Shown here: piece after piece, positions 30,570-38,998 of the stretch | How the letters are laid out: every line of letters begins with the position of its first letter | How positions within the stretch are numbered: the stretch's first letter is position 1 | Assembly: GCA_964393825.1 (NCBI GenBank) | Contig: CAYMUY010000022.1 | Span: 4,074 to 68,073 of the forward strand | Direction: 5' to 3' | DNA from: an uncultured Thiobacillus sp. | GTDB lineage: Bacteria > Pseudomonadota > Gammaproteobacteria > Burkholderiales > Thiobacillaceae | Length of the DNA stretch: 64,000 nt | Translations under genes and position numbers: made by a program | The notes under the pieces: generated by a model | What the model saw: only the letters and a program-made list of their open reading frames with translations | What the model was told of the DNA's origin: nothing | Databases searched by the model: none

Positions 30570-30944
30570 TCAGAAACCGATGCGCAAGGCAAACCCGGTG
30601 TAGCCGCCATTCAAACGCGGATCATCGCTGCTGCCGGAGCCCAGGTCCGGCTTGAAGGTATGCAGGCCGAAGCCATTGTGCCGCGCGAGGTTCACCCCAT
30701 TCCCGACGGCATAATCCAGACCGCCCAGAATGTCCTTGAGTGTCCCCAGCAAACCGCCTGGAAACGCGGCGACATCGCGGGTCTGATCGAACGGCAGGGC
30801 CGAGAACTGGCCGACCGACCACGCAGCGGCGTAATCATGGCCCATCTGGCCAGACCTGCTCCCCTTGGCATAAGCCGATGTACAGGCTCCCGCCACCATT
30901 GCAAAGCCCACCAAGGCCAACTGGCGTTTGATCTTGCGCTTCAT
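30570..30944 (-). CDS. small secreted Gly-rich protein with an OMP-like C-terminus
   Basis: 124 aa. MKRKIKRQLALVGFAMVAGACTSAYA signal peptide with an imperfect lipobox, and a C-terminal ...GFALRIGF ending in Phe, as in beta-barrel OMPs. ATG 30944. Confidence 0.55.
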   Translation of the reverse strand: MKRKIKRQLALVGFAMVAGACTSAYAKGSRSGQMGHDYAAAWSVGQFSALPFDQTRDVAAFPGGLLGTLKDILGGLDYAVGNGVNLARHNGFGLHTFKPDLGSGSSDDPRLNGGYTGFALRIGF

Positions 30945-31070
30945 CGCTCTCTCTCCTGCCGATGGATGCATAAACCACCTTTATGGTGCTGGTATAGCAG
31001 CCAGAGGCAAGAAGTGCGCGGAAAATTTCAATCCGGTGGACTGAAGGCATCGTCCGCCACGGCGATGCGC

Positions 31071-32285
31071 TCAGTGGATCATCTGGTTCATCTCGAAGAT
31101 GGGCATCAGGATCGCCAGCACGATGAGCAGGACGACACCGCCCATCACCAGAATCAGCACCGGCTCCAGCAAGGCGGTGAGCGAAAGCACGCGGGTGTCG
31201 AGTTCCTGGGTCTGCTGACTGGCGATGCGGTCGAGCATTTCCGGGAGACGGCCGCTCTTTTCGCCGCTGGCGACCAGATGCGTCATCACCGGCGGGAACA
31301 TGCCGGTGGCCGCGATGGCCCGGCTCATGCTGCCGCCCTCACGCACCCGCTTGAAGATCTCGTCCACGGCGGCGCGCATGGGCAGGTTGCCGACCACGCC
31401 GGCGGCTGCCTGCAACGCGGCGAGCAGGGGCACGCCGCTGCCGGAGAGGATGGCCAGGGTGCTGGTCAGGCGCGCGGTATTGACGGTACGGGTGAGGCGG
31501 CCGATCAGCGGCAGGCGCAGCAGGGTAAGGTGCCAGCGACGGCGGAAGGCCTCGCCGCGCAGGGCGCGCTGGAACAGGAACACGGCGACGGCCAGCGCGC
31601 CCAGGAGATAGATGCCGTAACCACGCAGCAGGTCGGAGAGGCTGATCAGGACGCGGGTCAGCAGCGGCAGGGTCTGGTGCGAGTTCTCGAACACCGCCAC
31701 CACCTGTGGCACCACATAGGTCAGCAGGCCGGTCACCACCAGGATGGAGACGGTGGTCACCAGCGCGGGATAGATGAAGGCCAGGCTGACCCGGCGATGC
31801 AGGGCATTGCGCGCTTCGATGTAGTCCGCCAGCCGTTCCAGCACCGCGCCGAGTTTTCCGGAATCCTCGCCGGAGGCGACGATGGTGCGATACAGCTCGG
31901 AGAACACGGCGGGGTAGCGCGCCATCGCCCGCGACAGCGAAGCCCCGCCCAGCACCTCGCCGCGCACTCCGGCAAGCACCCGCTGGGTGGCGACGGATTC
32001 GGATTGTTCGATGCAGGCGGAGAGGGACTCCTCCATGGTCAGGCCGGCCGCCAGCAGCGTCGCCATCTGGCGTGTCGCCAGGGCCAGGTCGGCGGTGGAG
32101 AGACCACGTTCGCGGAACCGGTGCTTGCGCTTTTTCTCCACGCTCTCCAGCAAGACCTCGACCTGGGTCGGGATCAGGCCGCGCTCGCGCAGCTTCGCCC
32201 GCGCCTGGCGCGGGGTATCGGCCTCCAGTACCCCGCTTTCGCGGCGCCCGGCATTGTCTATGGCTTCAAAGCGAAATCCGGCCAT
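31071..32285 (-). CDS. gspF: type II secretion system inner-membrane platform protein
   Basis: MAGFRFEAIDNAGRRESGVLEA start and duplicated GspF domains. ATG 32285 verified. Confidence 0.9.
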   Translation of the reverse strand: MAGFRFEAIDNAGRRESGVLEADTPRQARAKLRERGLIPTQVEVLLESVEKKRKHRFRERGLSTADLALATRQMATLLAAGLTMEESLSACIEQSESVATQRVLAGVRGEVLGGASLSRAMARYPAVFSELYRTIVASGEDSGKLGAVLERLADYIEARNALHRRVSLAFIYPALVTTVSILVVTGLLTYVVPQVVAVFENSHQTLPLLTRVLISLSDLLRGYGIYLLGALAVAVFLFQRALRGEAFRRRWHLTLLRLPLIGRLTRTVNTARLTSTLAILSGSGVPLLAALQAAAGVVGNLPMRAAVDEIFKRVREGGSMSRAIAATGMFPPVMTHLVASGEKSGRLPEMLDRIASQQTQELDTRVLSLTALLEPVLILVMGGVVLLIVLAILMPIFEMNQMIH

Positions 32286-32351
32286 GATCGTGATCGTTAG
32301 CGCAGTGATCGGCCAGAGGCCGGAAATGGGGGCAACAAAACACACGTCACC

Positions 32352-32410
32352 TGTAGCGCCGGCGTTTCGACGGCGTCCTTGGCAAACGCCGGCGGGGCGC
32401 CGGCGCTACA
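32352..32410. repeat. REP-like palindromic element (copy 1), 13-bp perfect inverted arms
   Basis: tgtagcgccggcg (32352-32364) is the exact reverse complement of cgccggcgctaca (32398-32410). An extra cgccggcg copy lies between the arms. Located in the gspE-gspF spacer. Confidence 0.7.
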
Positions 32411-32415
32411 TGCCC

Positions 32416-33900
32416 TCATGCCCTGGCCACCCGCATCACTTCTTCCAGCGTGGTTTCCCCCGCCGCCACCCAGCGCAAACCGTCATCGTAGAGGCTGATC
32501 CAGCCGCTGCCGGAGGCAATCTCGCGCAACGCGGCCTCGCTGGCGCCGTCATGGATGAGGCGACGGACAGCGTCGGTGAGGGTGAACAGTTCGTAGACAC
32601 CGGTGCGACCGCGGTAGCCGGTCTGGTTGCACTCCGGACAGCCGACCGCGTGCATCACCTGTTCCACGGCGTAGCCCGACAGCGCGGCCTGCTCCATGGC
32701 ATCGGCCGGCGCGGGGCGCTTGCAGGCGGGACAGAGGCGGCGCACCAGGCGCTGGCCGAGCACGCCGATCAGGCTGGTCGCCAGCAGATAGGGTTCCACC
32801 CCCATGTCGGCCAGGCGGGTCACCGCGCCAAGGGCATCATTGGTATGCAGGGTGGCCAGCACCAGATGGCCGGTGAGCGAGGCCTGCACCGCGATCTGCG
32901 CGGTTTCCAGGTCACGCACCTCGCCGATCATCACCACGTCCGGGTCCTGCCGCAGGATCGCGCGCAGGGCGCGGGCGAAGGTGAGTTCGATGCGAGGGTT
33001 GACGTGGGTCTGGCTGATCTGGTCGAGGTCGTATTCGATCGGATCCTCCACCGTCATGATGTTGAGCCGGGAGGCATCCAGCCGCGACAGGGCGGCGTAC
33101 AGCGTGGTGGTCTTGCCGGAACCGGTGGGCCCGGTGACCAGGATGATGCCGTGCGGCGCCCGGATCAGGCTGTCCAGCGCCGCCAGGGTCGACGGATTCA
33201 TTCCCAGCGCCTCCAGTTCCAGGCGACCGTGCTGCTTGTCGAGCAGGCGCAACACCACCCGCTCGCCGTGGCCGGTGGGCAGGGTGGATACCCGCACGTC
33301 GACGGCGCGCCCGGCCACCCGCAGCGAGATGCGGCCATCCTGGGGCAGGCGTTTCTCGGCGATGTCGAGGCTGGCCATGACCTTGATGCGGGAGACCAGC
33401 GCCGCGTGCAGCGCGCGCGGCGGCGCCATCACGTCGCGCAGGACGCCATCGACCCGATAGCGGATCACCGAGCGGTTCTCGTAGGCTTCCAGGTGGATGT
33501 CGGAGGCCCCTTCGCGCAGCGCCTGGGCGAGCAGCGCATTGATCAGGCGGATGATCGGCGCGTCGTCTTCCGACTCGAGCAGATCGCCCACCGCCGGGAT
33601 GTCCTGGGCCAGGGCGGAGAGATCGATCTCCTGCTCCAGGTCGTCCATGATCTGCGCGGCGTGACCTTCCTCGCGCGCGTAGGCCTGGGCCAGGCGGGAT
33701 TCGAATTCGTCCGTGGCGAGCATGACCGGCAGCAGCGGCGCCGCCAGGATCCGGCGCGCCTCGGACAGCGCCGCCACGCTGGCGCCCTGGCGCACCCAGA
33801 CCTCGATGGCATCCCCGACCTGACGGGCGGCAACGATGCCCTGGCCGCGCGCGGCATGGTAGGGAATGCGCCGGACGACGGCGGGATCGATGATCGACAT
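32416..33900 (-). CDS. gspE: type II secretion ATPase
   Basis: Walker A VTGPTGSGKTTT, tetracysteine CPACKR...CPECNQTGY, and GspE-type N-domain. Confidence 0.95.
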   Translation of the reverse strand: MSIIDPAVVRRIPYHAARGQGIVAARQVGDAIEVWVRQGASVAALSEARRILAAPLLPVMLATDEFESRLAQAYAREEGHAAQIMDDLEQEIDLSALAQDIPAVGDLLESEDDAPIIRLINALLAQALREGASDIHLEAYENRSVIRYRVDGVLRDVMAPPRALHAALVSRIKVMASLDIAEKRLPQDGRISLRVAGRAVDVRVSTLPTGHGERVVLRLLDKQHGRLELEALGMNPSTLAALDSLIRAPHGIILVTGPTGSGKTTTLYAALSRLDASRLNIMTVEDPIEYDLDQISQTHVNPRIELTFARALRAILRQDPDVVMIGEVRDLETAQIAVQASLTGHLVLATLHTNDALGAVTRLADMGVEPYLLATSLIGVLGQRLVRRLCPACKRPAPADAMEQAALSGYAVEQVMHAVGCPECNQTGYRGRTGVYELFTLTDAVRRLIHDGASEAALREIASGSGWISLYDDGLRWVAAGETTLEEVMRVARA

Positions 33901-33906
33901 CGGCGC

Positions 33907-35940
33907 TTACTCGGGCCAGACCGTGAAAGAGGAGGCCGGAGCGGGAGCGGGGACGGCCTGCTTCTGGGCATTCTTCGGTTGCACGGTGAGCACGCTATCC
34001 AGTTTCAGATCAGGCAGCTTCTCTGGGGAAATGTCCGGCATCAGCCAGCGCTTGGGCGCGGGATAGGCGCCATAGACGTTGCGTATGTATTCGTAACGAC
34101 CTTGTGTCAGATCGGACATCGACTCCGGCGTGCGTACCACGACCGGACGCAGGAACACCATCAGATTGGTCTTGGTGCGCTTGCGGGTTTCACTGCGGAA
34201 CAGAGCCCCCAGCAAGGGGAGGTCACCCAGACCGGGCACCTTGTCGACACTATTCTGGACATCGTCCTGAATCAGTCCACCCAGCACGATGGCTTCACCA
34301 TCTCCGACCAGCACGGTGGTTTCGATGGATCGCTTGTTGGTGATGATGCCTGCGGAGTTGCTGGAATCCCGGACACTGGAGACTTCCTGCAAGATTTGCA
34401 GCTTGATGGTTCCGCCTTCCGAAACCTGCGGCTTCACCTTCAGGGTCAGGCCCACGTCCTTGCGTTCGATGGTCTGGAACGGATTCACCGCCGCCGCGGC
34501 GCCGCCCGCCGACGCTTGCGCATAACTGCCGGTGATGAATGGCACATTCTGGCCAATCACGATTTTCGCTTCTTCGTTATCCAGCGTCAGCAGATTCGGG
34601 GTCGACAATACGTTTGCATCTGAATCGGATTGCAGCGCCCGCGCCAGGGCCGTCATCCCGGTGATGGTCTGGCCGCCAACGGTAATCCGCTGCAACAAGC
34701 CCACGGACAGGCCCGGCGCGGGCAACACGGCGCGGCTGTTCAGACTCAACAGATTCTTCCCGGCGGCGGAAGCGGCGTCGTTGAACACCGAACCGGCAAC
34801 CAGCGCGGTACCGCCGCCCTCCGCGATCGGCGTCATCCACTGCACACCGAGATCCGCCACCTTGTCGCTGGTGACTTCCACGATCAGGGCCTCGATGAAA
34901 ATCTGCGCGCGCTGCGCATCCAGTTTGTCGACCACCGCGCGCAGACTGTTGTAGAGATGATCGGGCGCGCTGATCACCAGGGAATTGCTCGCGGCATCGG
35001 CCAGAATCGTCACGCCGGTACCGCTGCTCGCCGCCGGTGTCGCCGGCGTGGCGCCCGTGGCTGCCGCCGATCCGGCGGCCATCGCGCGCAGGGTCTCCGC
35101 CAGTTTGGTCGCATCGGCATTGCGCAGATGCACCACCTGCAGGTTGCTCATGCCGGCGGAAGGCGTATCGAGTTGCGCCACCATCGCGCGCAGGGTGTCC
35201 AGCTTGCCCTGGTTGTCGGTTCGCACCATCAGGCTGTTGCTGCGGCCATCGGCGGCGATCATCATGGAAGTCCCGGCCGCCGCGCCGGCCGGCTCGGCGA
35301 ACAGGCGGGTCAACTGCTGGGCCAGTTCGATCGCGGAGAGGTGTTGCACCTTGATGATGTTGAATTCGGCGTCGTTCGGCTTGTCGATCGCCTCGATGAT
35401 TTGCGAGATACGCTTGAGGTTATCCGCGTAATCGGTGATCACCAGGGTATTGGAGCCGGGATAGGCCGACACCGCGTTGTTCGGCGCGATCAGCGGCCGC
35501 AGGACGCCCACCAGCTGCACCGCCGTGGCGTACTGCAGGGGATAGACCTGGGTCACCACCTGATCGCCCCCCTTCTTCACCACCTTGCCATAGGTATCGC
35601 TAAAGTGCTGCTTGGCATCCGCCTCCGGCACGATCTTGACCAGATCCTTTCCTTCCACCGCCGTGAAGCCCTGCATGCGCAGCGAGGAAATCAGGATCTG
35701 ATAGGCCAGGTCCGCGCTCACCGGCTTCACCGAGGCGATGCTGATCGTCCCCTTCACGCGCGGGTCGAGCAGGAAGTTCTTGCCGGTGATCTGCCCCATC
35801 GCACGCACCACGGAATCGATCTCCGCGTTGACGAAATTGAGCATCACCGGGCCGGTCGCCGACATTGCTGGCGCCGCCAGGCAGAACAACGAGAGACAGG
35901 CAACTACCATGCCTCGTTTCGATGAGATCCGTCGCGTCAT
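33907..35940 (-). CDS. gspD: type II secretion secretin
   Basis: Signal peptide, N0-N3 domains and a secretin C-domain (VLVGDGEAIVLGGLI...VPGLGDLPLLGALF). Confidence 0.95.
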   Translation of the reverse strand: MTRRISSKRGMVVACLSLFCLAAPAMSATGPVMLNFVNAEIDSVVRAMGQITGKNFLLDPRVKGTISIASVKPVSADLAYQILISSLRMQGFTAVEGKDLVKIVPEADAKQHFSDTYGKVVKKGGDQVVTQVYPLQYATAVQLVGVLRPLIAPNNAVSAYPGSNTLVITDYADNLKRISQIIEAIDKPNDAEFNIIKVQHLSAIELAQQLTRLFAEPAGAAAGTSMMIAADGRSNSLMVRTDNQGKLDTLRAMVAQLDTPSAGMSNLQVVHLRNADATKLAETLRAMAAGSAAATGATPATPAASSGTGVTILADAASNSLVISAPDHLYNSLRAVVDKLDAQRAQIFIEALIVEVTSDKVADLGVQWMTPIAEGGGTALVAGSVFNDAASAAGKNLLSLNSRAVLPAPGLSVGLLQRITVGGQTITGMTALARALQSDSDANVLSTPNLLTLDNEEAKIVIGQNVPFITGSYAQASAGGAAAAVNPFQTIERKDVGLTLKVKPQVSEGGTIKLQILQEVSSVRDSSNSAGIITNKRSIETTVLVGDGEAIVLGGLIQDDVQNSVDKVPGLGDLPLLGALFRSETRKRTKTNLMVFLRPVVVRTPESMSDLTQGRYEYIRNVYGAYPAPKRWLMPDISPEKLPDLKLDSVLTVQPKNAQKQAVPAPAPASSFTVWPE

Positions 35941-36773
35941 GGTGTTACCCGTATGTTGATATTCATATTGCCGCCCGCTCGCAGGACATCCACGCTCACC
36001 CTCTCGCTTTTCACTAGCTGCTCATAGAGCCGAACCATATCGCCCATGCCGGACAGCGACTTCCCGTTGATTCCGTTCACCACATCGCCGACGCGCAGCC
36101 CCAGTTTTTCCGGGAGACCGCCAGCCGGGCTGTTCTCCAGCACCAATCCGCCACGCGGATGCCGGCCGAAACGCCCCAGCAGCGCCAGCTGATCCGCGCT
36201 GCGCAACGATTTCAACAACTGCGCGCGGGAAAAACCGTACAGCCTGGGGCCCAGTTCTTTCACCTCGACCCGCAGGCCAGCCGGCTCGGCCACGGCGCCA
36301 GCCTGCGCCGCCACCATGGTCGCCGGCATGCGCGCGACCTCGATCTGGCCGCCACGCTGGATTTCCACGCGATCCGGGTAGACCTGATGCAGCACCATGC
36401 CGGGCATGAACTCATTCCCCTGCAGCGCCGACAAGGTGTGGCCATCGACCACCAGAACGGCGAATCCGGAGCGGCCGTCGCGCGCCGCATAGATACCCTG
36501 CACGCTGATATTGGAGGTAGCGGCCACGGGTTCCTGGCCTGGCGCCGTGGCTCCCACCAGGCCGCCGAACAGGCGGAAGGCCACCACCTTCTCGGCGAGC
36601 AACTTGCCGAGGACCGGAGGCGTGGCGGCCGCGGCCGTGTCGGACGGGCGCGGCGTCACGAACACCCAGGTCCAGTACGCCAGCGTCCAGGCCAGCACCA
36701 CCAGGGCGAGGAACAGGGCGATGGACGGCAAGCGGGTCAGCACGGCAGGGCGGGCAATCAAAGGAATAAGCAC
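35937..36773 (-). CDS. gspC: type II secretion protein C with a PDZ domain
   Basis: N-terminal TM segment and a C-terminal PDZ-like region GLRVGDVVNGINGKSL. Overlaps the gspD start by 4 nt. Confidence 0.8.
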   Translation of the reverse strand: MLIPLIARPAVLTRLPSIALFLALVVLAWTLAYWTWVFVTPRPSDTAAAATPPVLGKLLAEKVVAFRLFGGLVGATAPGQEPVAATSNISVQGIYAARDGRSGFAVLVVDGHTLSALQGNEFMPGMVLHQVYPDRVEIQRGGQIEVARMPATMVAAQAGAVAEPAGLRVEVKELGPRLYGFSRAQLLKSLRSADQLALLGRFGRHPRGGLVLENSPAGGLPEKLGLRVGDVVNGINGKSLSGMGDMVRLYEQLVKSERVSVDVLRAGGNMNINIRVTP

Positions 36774-37095
36774 CTGTTGTAAACGACGGGACGAGTGTTT
36801 CCGGCAACCACCCCCAGCGCCGATCGTCGTCCCATGGCGTCAAGGGTGAAATACGAAAACGCCTGGCAGGTTAACCCAAGAACGTTGCCGCCGAAACCCG
36901 GGTGCGGACGCTCATGGTGGAACCCTCCATAGGGGAAGGTGCACTGACTCGATAGAACGAGTGTGCTATCCAGCATTTATCGGACTGGCGTATGGTTGTA
37001 CCATCCGCAAAAGTCACAGTAACCGACCATCCCGCTGTTCCAGGTGGCGCTTGATGGTTCTGTCCCTTTCCCCACTTTCGACGAAGGAACAATCA

Positions 37096-38895
37096 ATGAA
37101 AACCTCACGTTGGATCATGCTGACCATGCGACTGGGGCTGGCACTGCTCATCGCCGGGCTGGCGGGTTGTGGCGGTGGTGGTGGTGGTGGCTCAACGCCC
37201 GCCACGGTCGTCAGTGCGCCCGAGCAGGTCACCGTCGATGGCGGCCGCGCCCGGATCACCGTGACCTGGTCGGGCGTCAGTGGCGCCACCAGCTACAACA
37301 TCTATTATTCCGCCACCACGCCTGTGAACCCGGCCACCGCGAGCAAGGTCGCCGGCGTCGGCAGCCCGCAGACCATCCGCGACCTGACCAACGGCACCCG
37401 CTATTACGCGGTGGTCACCGCCGTCGGCGCGGGTGGTGAAAGTGCGGTGTCCAAGGAGATATCGGCGGTTGCCGCCGACCCTGCCCCCCCCATGGCTCCC
37501 CTCAACATTCATGCCGATGCAGGCAACGGCCAGATGACCGTGAGCTGGGATGCGGCCGATGGCGCCACTTCCTACAACCTCTACTACGGCACCAGCGCCG
37601 CCGTCACCAAGACCAGCGGCACGAAAATCACTGGCGTCACCAGCCCGCTCGTCGTGTCACCGCTCACCAGCGGCACCCGCTACTACGCCATCGTCACCGC
37701 GGTGAACGCGGTTGGAGAAAGCGCGGATTCGTTCCATACCAGCGCCACCCCGTCCGCCTCGCCGCCGCCGGTCGCGCCCACCAACCTGCAAGCGGCACTC
37801 TCCCCGACCGACCCGACCAAGGTCGTGCTGACCTGGACCGCCGCCGCCGGCGCCACCAGTTACAACCTTTATTACGGCAGTTCCTGGGGCGTCACCAAGA
37901 CCACGGGCACGGCGGTGAACAACATCACCAGCCCGCATACGATGTCCACGCCGCCGCTGACCCTGAACAAAGCGACCTTCTTTGTGGTGACGGCGAGCAA
38001 TGCGTCAGGCCAGAGCAGCGAATCCAGCCAGGTGTCCGCCACCCCGCGTGCCAGCGCACTCGTCGCCGCCAATGCCCGCATGGTCGGCATCCCGGCCGGC
38101 AGTTTCCTGTTCGGCGACAGCAACGATGGCATCGCTTATGCGCTGCCGGTCAAGTCCATCAATGTCAGCGCGTTTCGCATCGATCGTTACGAGACCACCT
38201 ACAGCCTGTGGAAGACAGTCTACGACTGGGCCGTCCTGAACGGCTACGCCTTCGACAACGCCGGCCAGAACGGCTCGGAAGTCACCGGCAGCGACATGCC
38301 GGTGACCCGCGTGAGCTGGTATGACGTCGTCAAATGGCTCAATGCGCGCTCGGAAATGGAAGGGCTCGCACCGGCCTACTACACCGATGCCGGACACACC
38401 ACGGTCTATCGCAGCGGCCGGGTGGACGTGCAGAACACCATGGTCGACTGGACCGGAACAGGTTATCGGCTGCCGACCGAAGCCGAGTGGGAAAAAGCCG
38501 CGCGCGGCGGCCTGGCGGCCAAGCGCTACCCCTGGGGCGACGACCCGGCGGACCCGACGCTGGTTTCGAGCGCGCAAGCCAACTACACCGCCGGCCGGAC
38601 CATCAGCGTCGGCTTGCTGCCGCCCAACGGCTACGGCCTCTATGACATGGCCGGGAACGTCTGGGAATGGACCTGGAACTGGTGGGTCGCCGACTACAAC
38701 GACGCCAGCGTCACTGCCAGCGACCCGCGGGGGCCAAACGCACCGCTGGACATGCTGAACAACTACGTCCGTGTCAGACGCGGCGGCGGCATCGCCTATG
38801 GCCCGTATTTCTTGCGCAACGCCGAACGTGTTGGTCGGGCGGCAACATATACTGCACCCTACTTCGGTTTCCGCGCCGTACGCAGCGGCTTATGA
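37096..38895 (+). CDS. lipoprotein with three FN3-like repeats and a C-terminal FGE/SUMF1 (formylglycine-generating-enzyme-like) domain
   Basis: Lipobox LIAGLAGC followed by Gly7. Three repeats of about 90 aa each carry GATSYN[IL]YY (about nt 37216-38040). The FGE-type motifs are RVSWYDVVKWLNA, GYRLPTEAEWEKAARGG, GLYDMAGNVWEWT and RVRRGG. ATG 37096 verified. Confidence 0.8.
   Translation: MKTSRWIMLTMRLGLALLIAGLAGCGGGGGGGSTPATVVSAPEQVTVDGGRARITVTWSGVSGATSYNIYYSATTPVNPATASKVAGVGSPQTIRDLTNGTRYYAVVTAVGAGGESAVSKEISAVAADPAPPMAPLNIHADAGNGQMTVSWDAADGATSYNLYYGTSAAVTKTSGTKITGVTSPLVVSPLTSGTRYYAIVTAVNAVGESADSFHTSATPSASPPPVAPTNLQAALSPTDPTKVVLTWTAAAGATSYNLYYGSSWGVTKTTGTAVNNITSPHTMSTPPLTLNKATFFVVTASNASGQSSESSQVSATPRASALVAANARMVGIPAGSFLFGDSNDGIAYALPVKSINVSAFRIDRYETTYSLWKTVYDWAVLNGYAFDNAGQNGSEVTGSDMPVTRVSWYDVVKWLNARSEMEGLAPAYYTDAGHTTVYRSGRVDVQNTMVDWTGTGYRLPTEAEWEKAARGGLAAKRYPWGDDPADPTLVSSAQANYTAGRTISVGLLPPNGYGLYDMAGNVWEWTWNWWVADYNDASVTASDPRGPNAPLDMLNNYVRVRRGGGIAYGPYFLRNAERVGRAATYTAPYFGFRAVRSGL
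37174..37188 (+). repeat. (GGT)5 in-frame trinucleotide tract encoding the poly-Gly linker
   Basis: ggc ggt ggt ggt ggt ggt ggc, read directly and codon-aligned, immediately after the lipobox Cys codon (37168-37170). Confidence 0.9.
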
Positions 38896-38998
38896 ATTCA
38901 GGAAATGCCTTTTGGCAGGGCGTGGCAACGTGCATTTTCGACCTGCGTTGCTACATTGAGTCTATGGGGACATTCCCATCTTTTGATTGGAGATAGCC

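Noticed and set aside
31987-34623. 878-aa + strand ORF opposite gspF/gspE/gspD
   Set aside because: It is antisense to genes with unmistakable GspE/GspD motifs, has Arg/Gly/Ala-rich composition, and lacks a plausible start context. It is a shadow ORF.
36864-36888. Possible sigma-54 promoter (TGGCAG ... TTGC) upstream of the lipoprotein gene
   Set aside because: The GG and GC elements are 22 nt apart, not the required spacing of about 12 nt.
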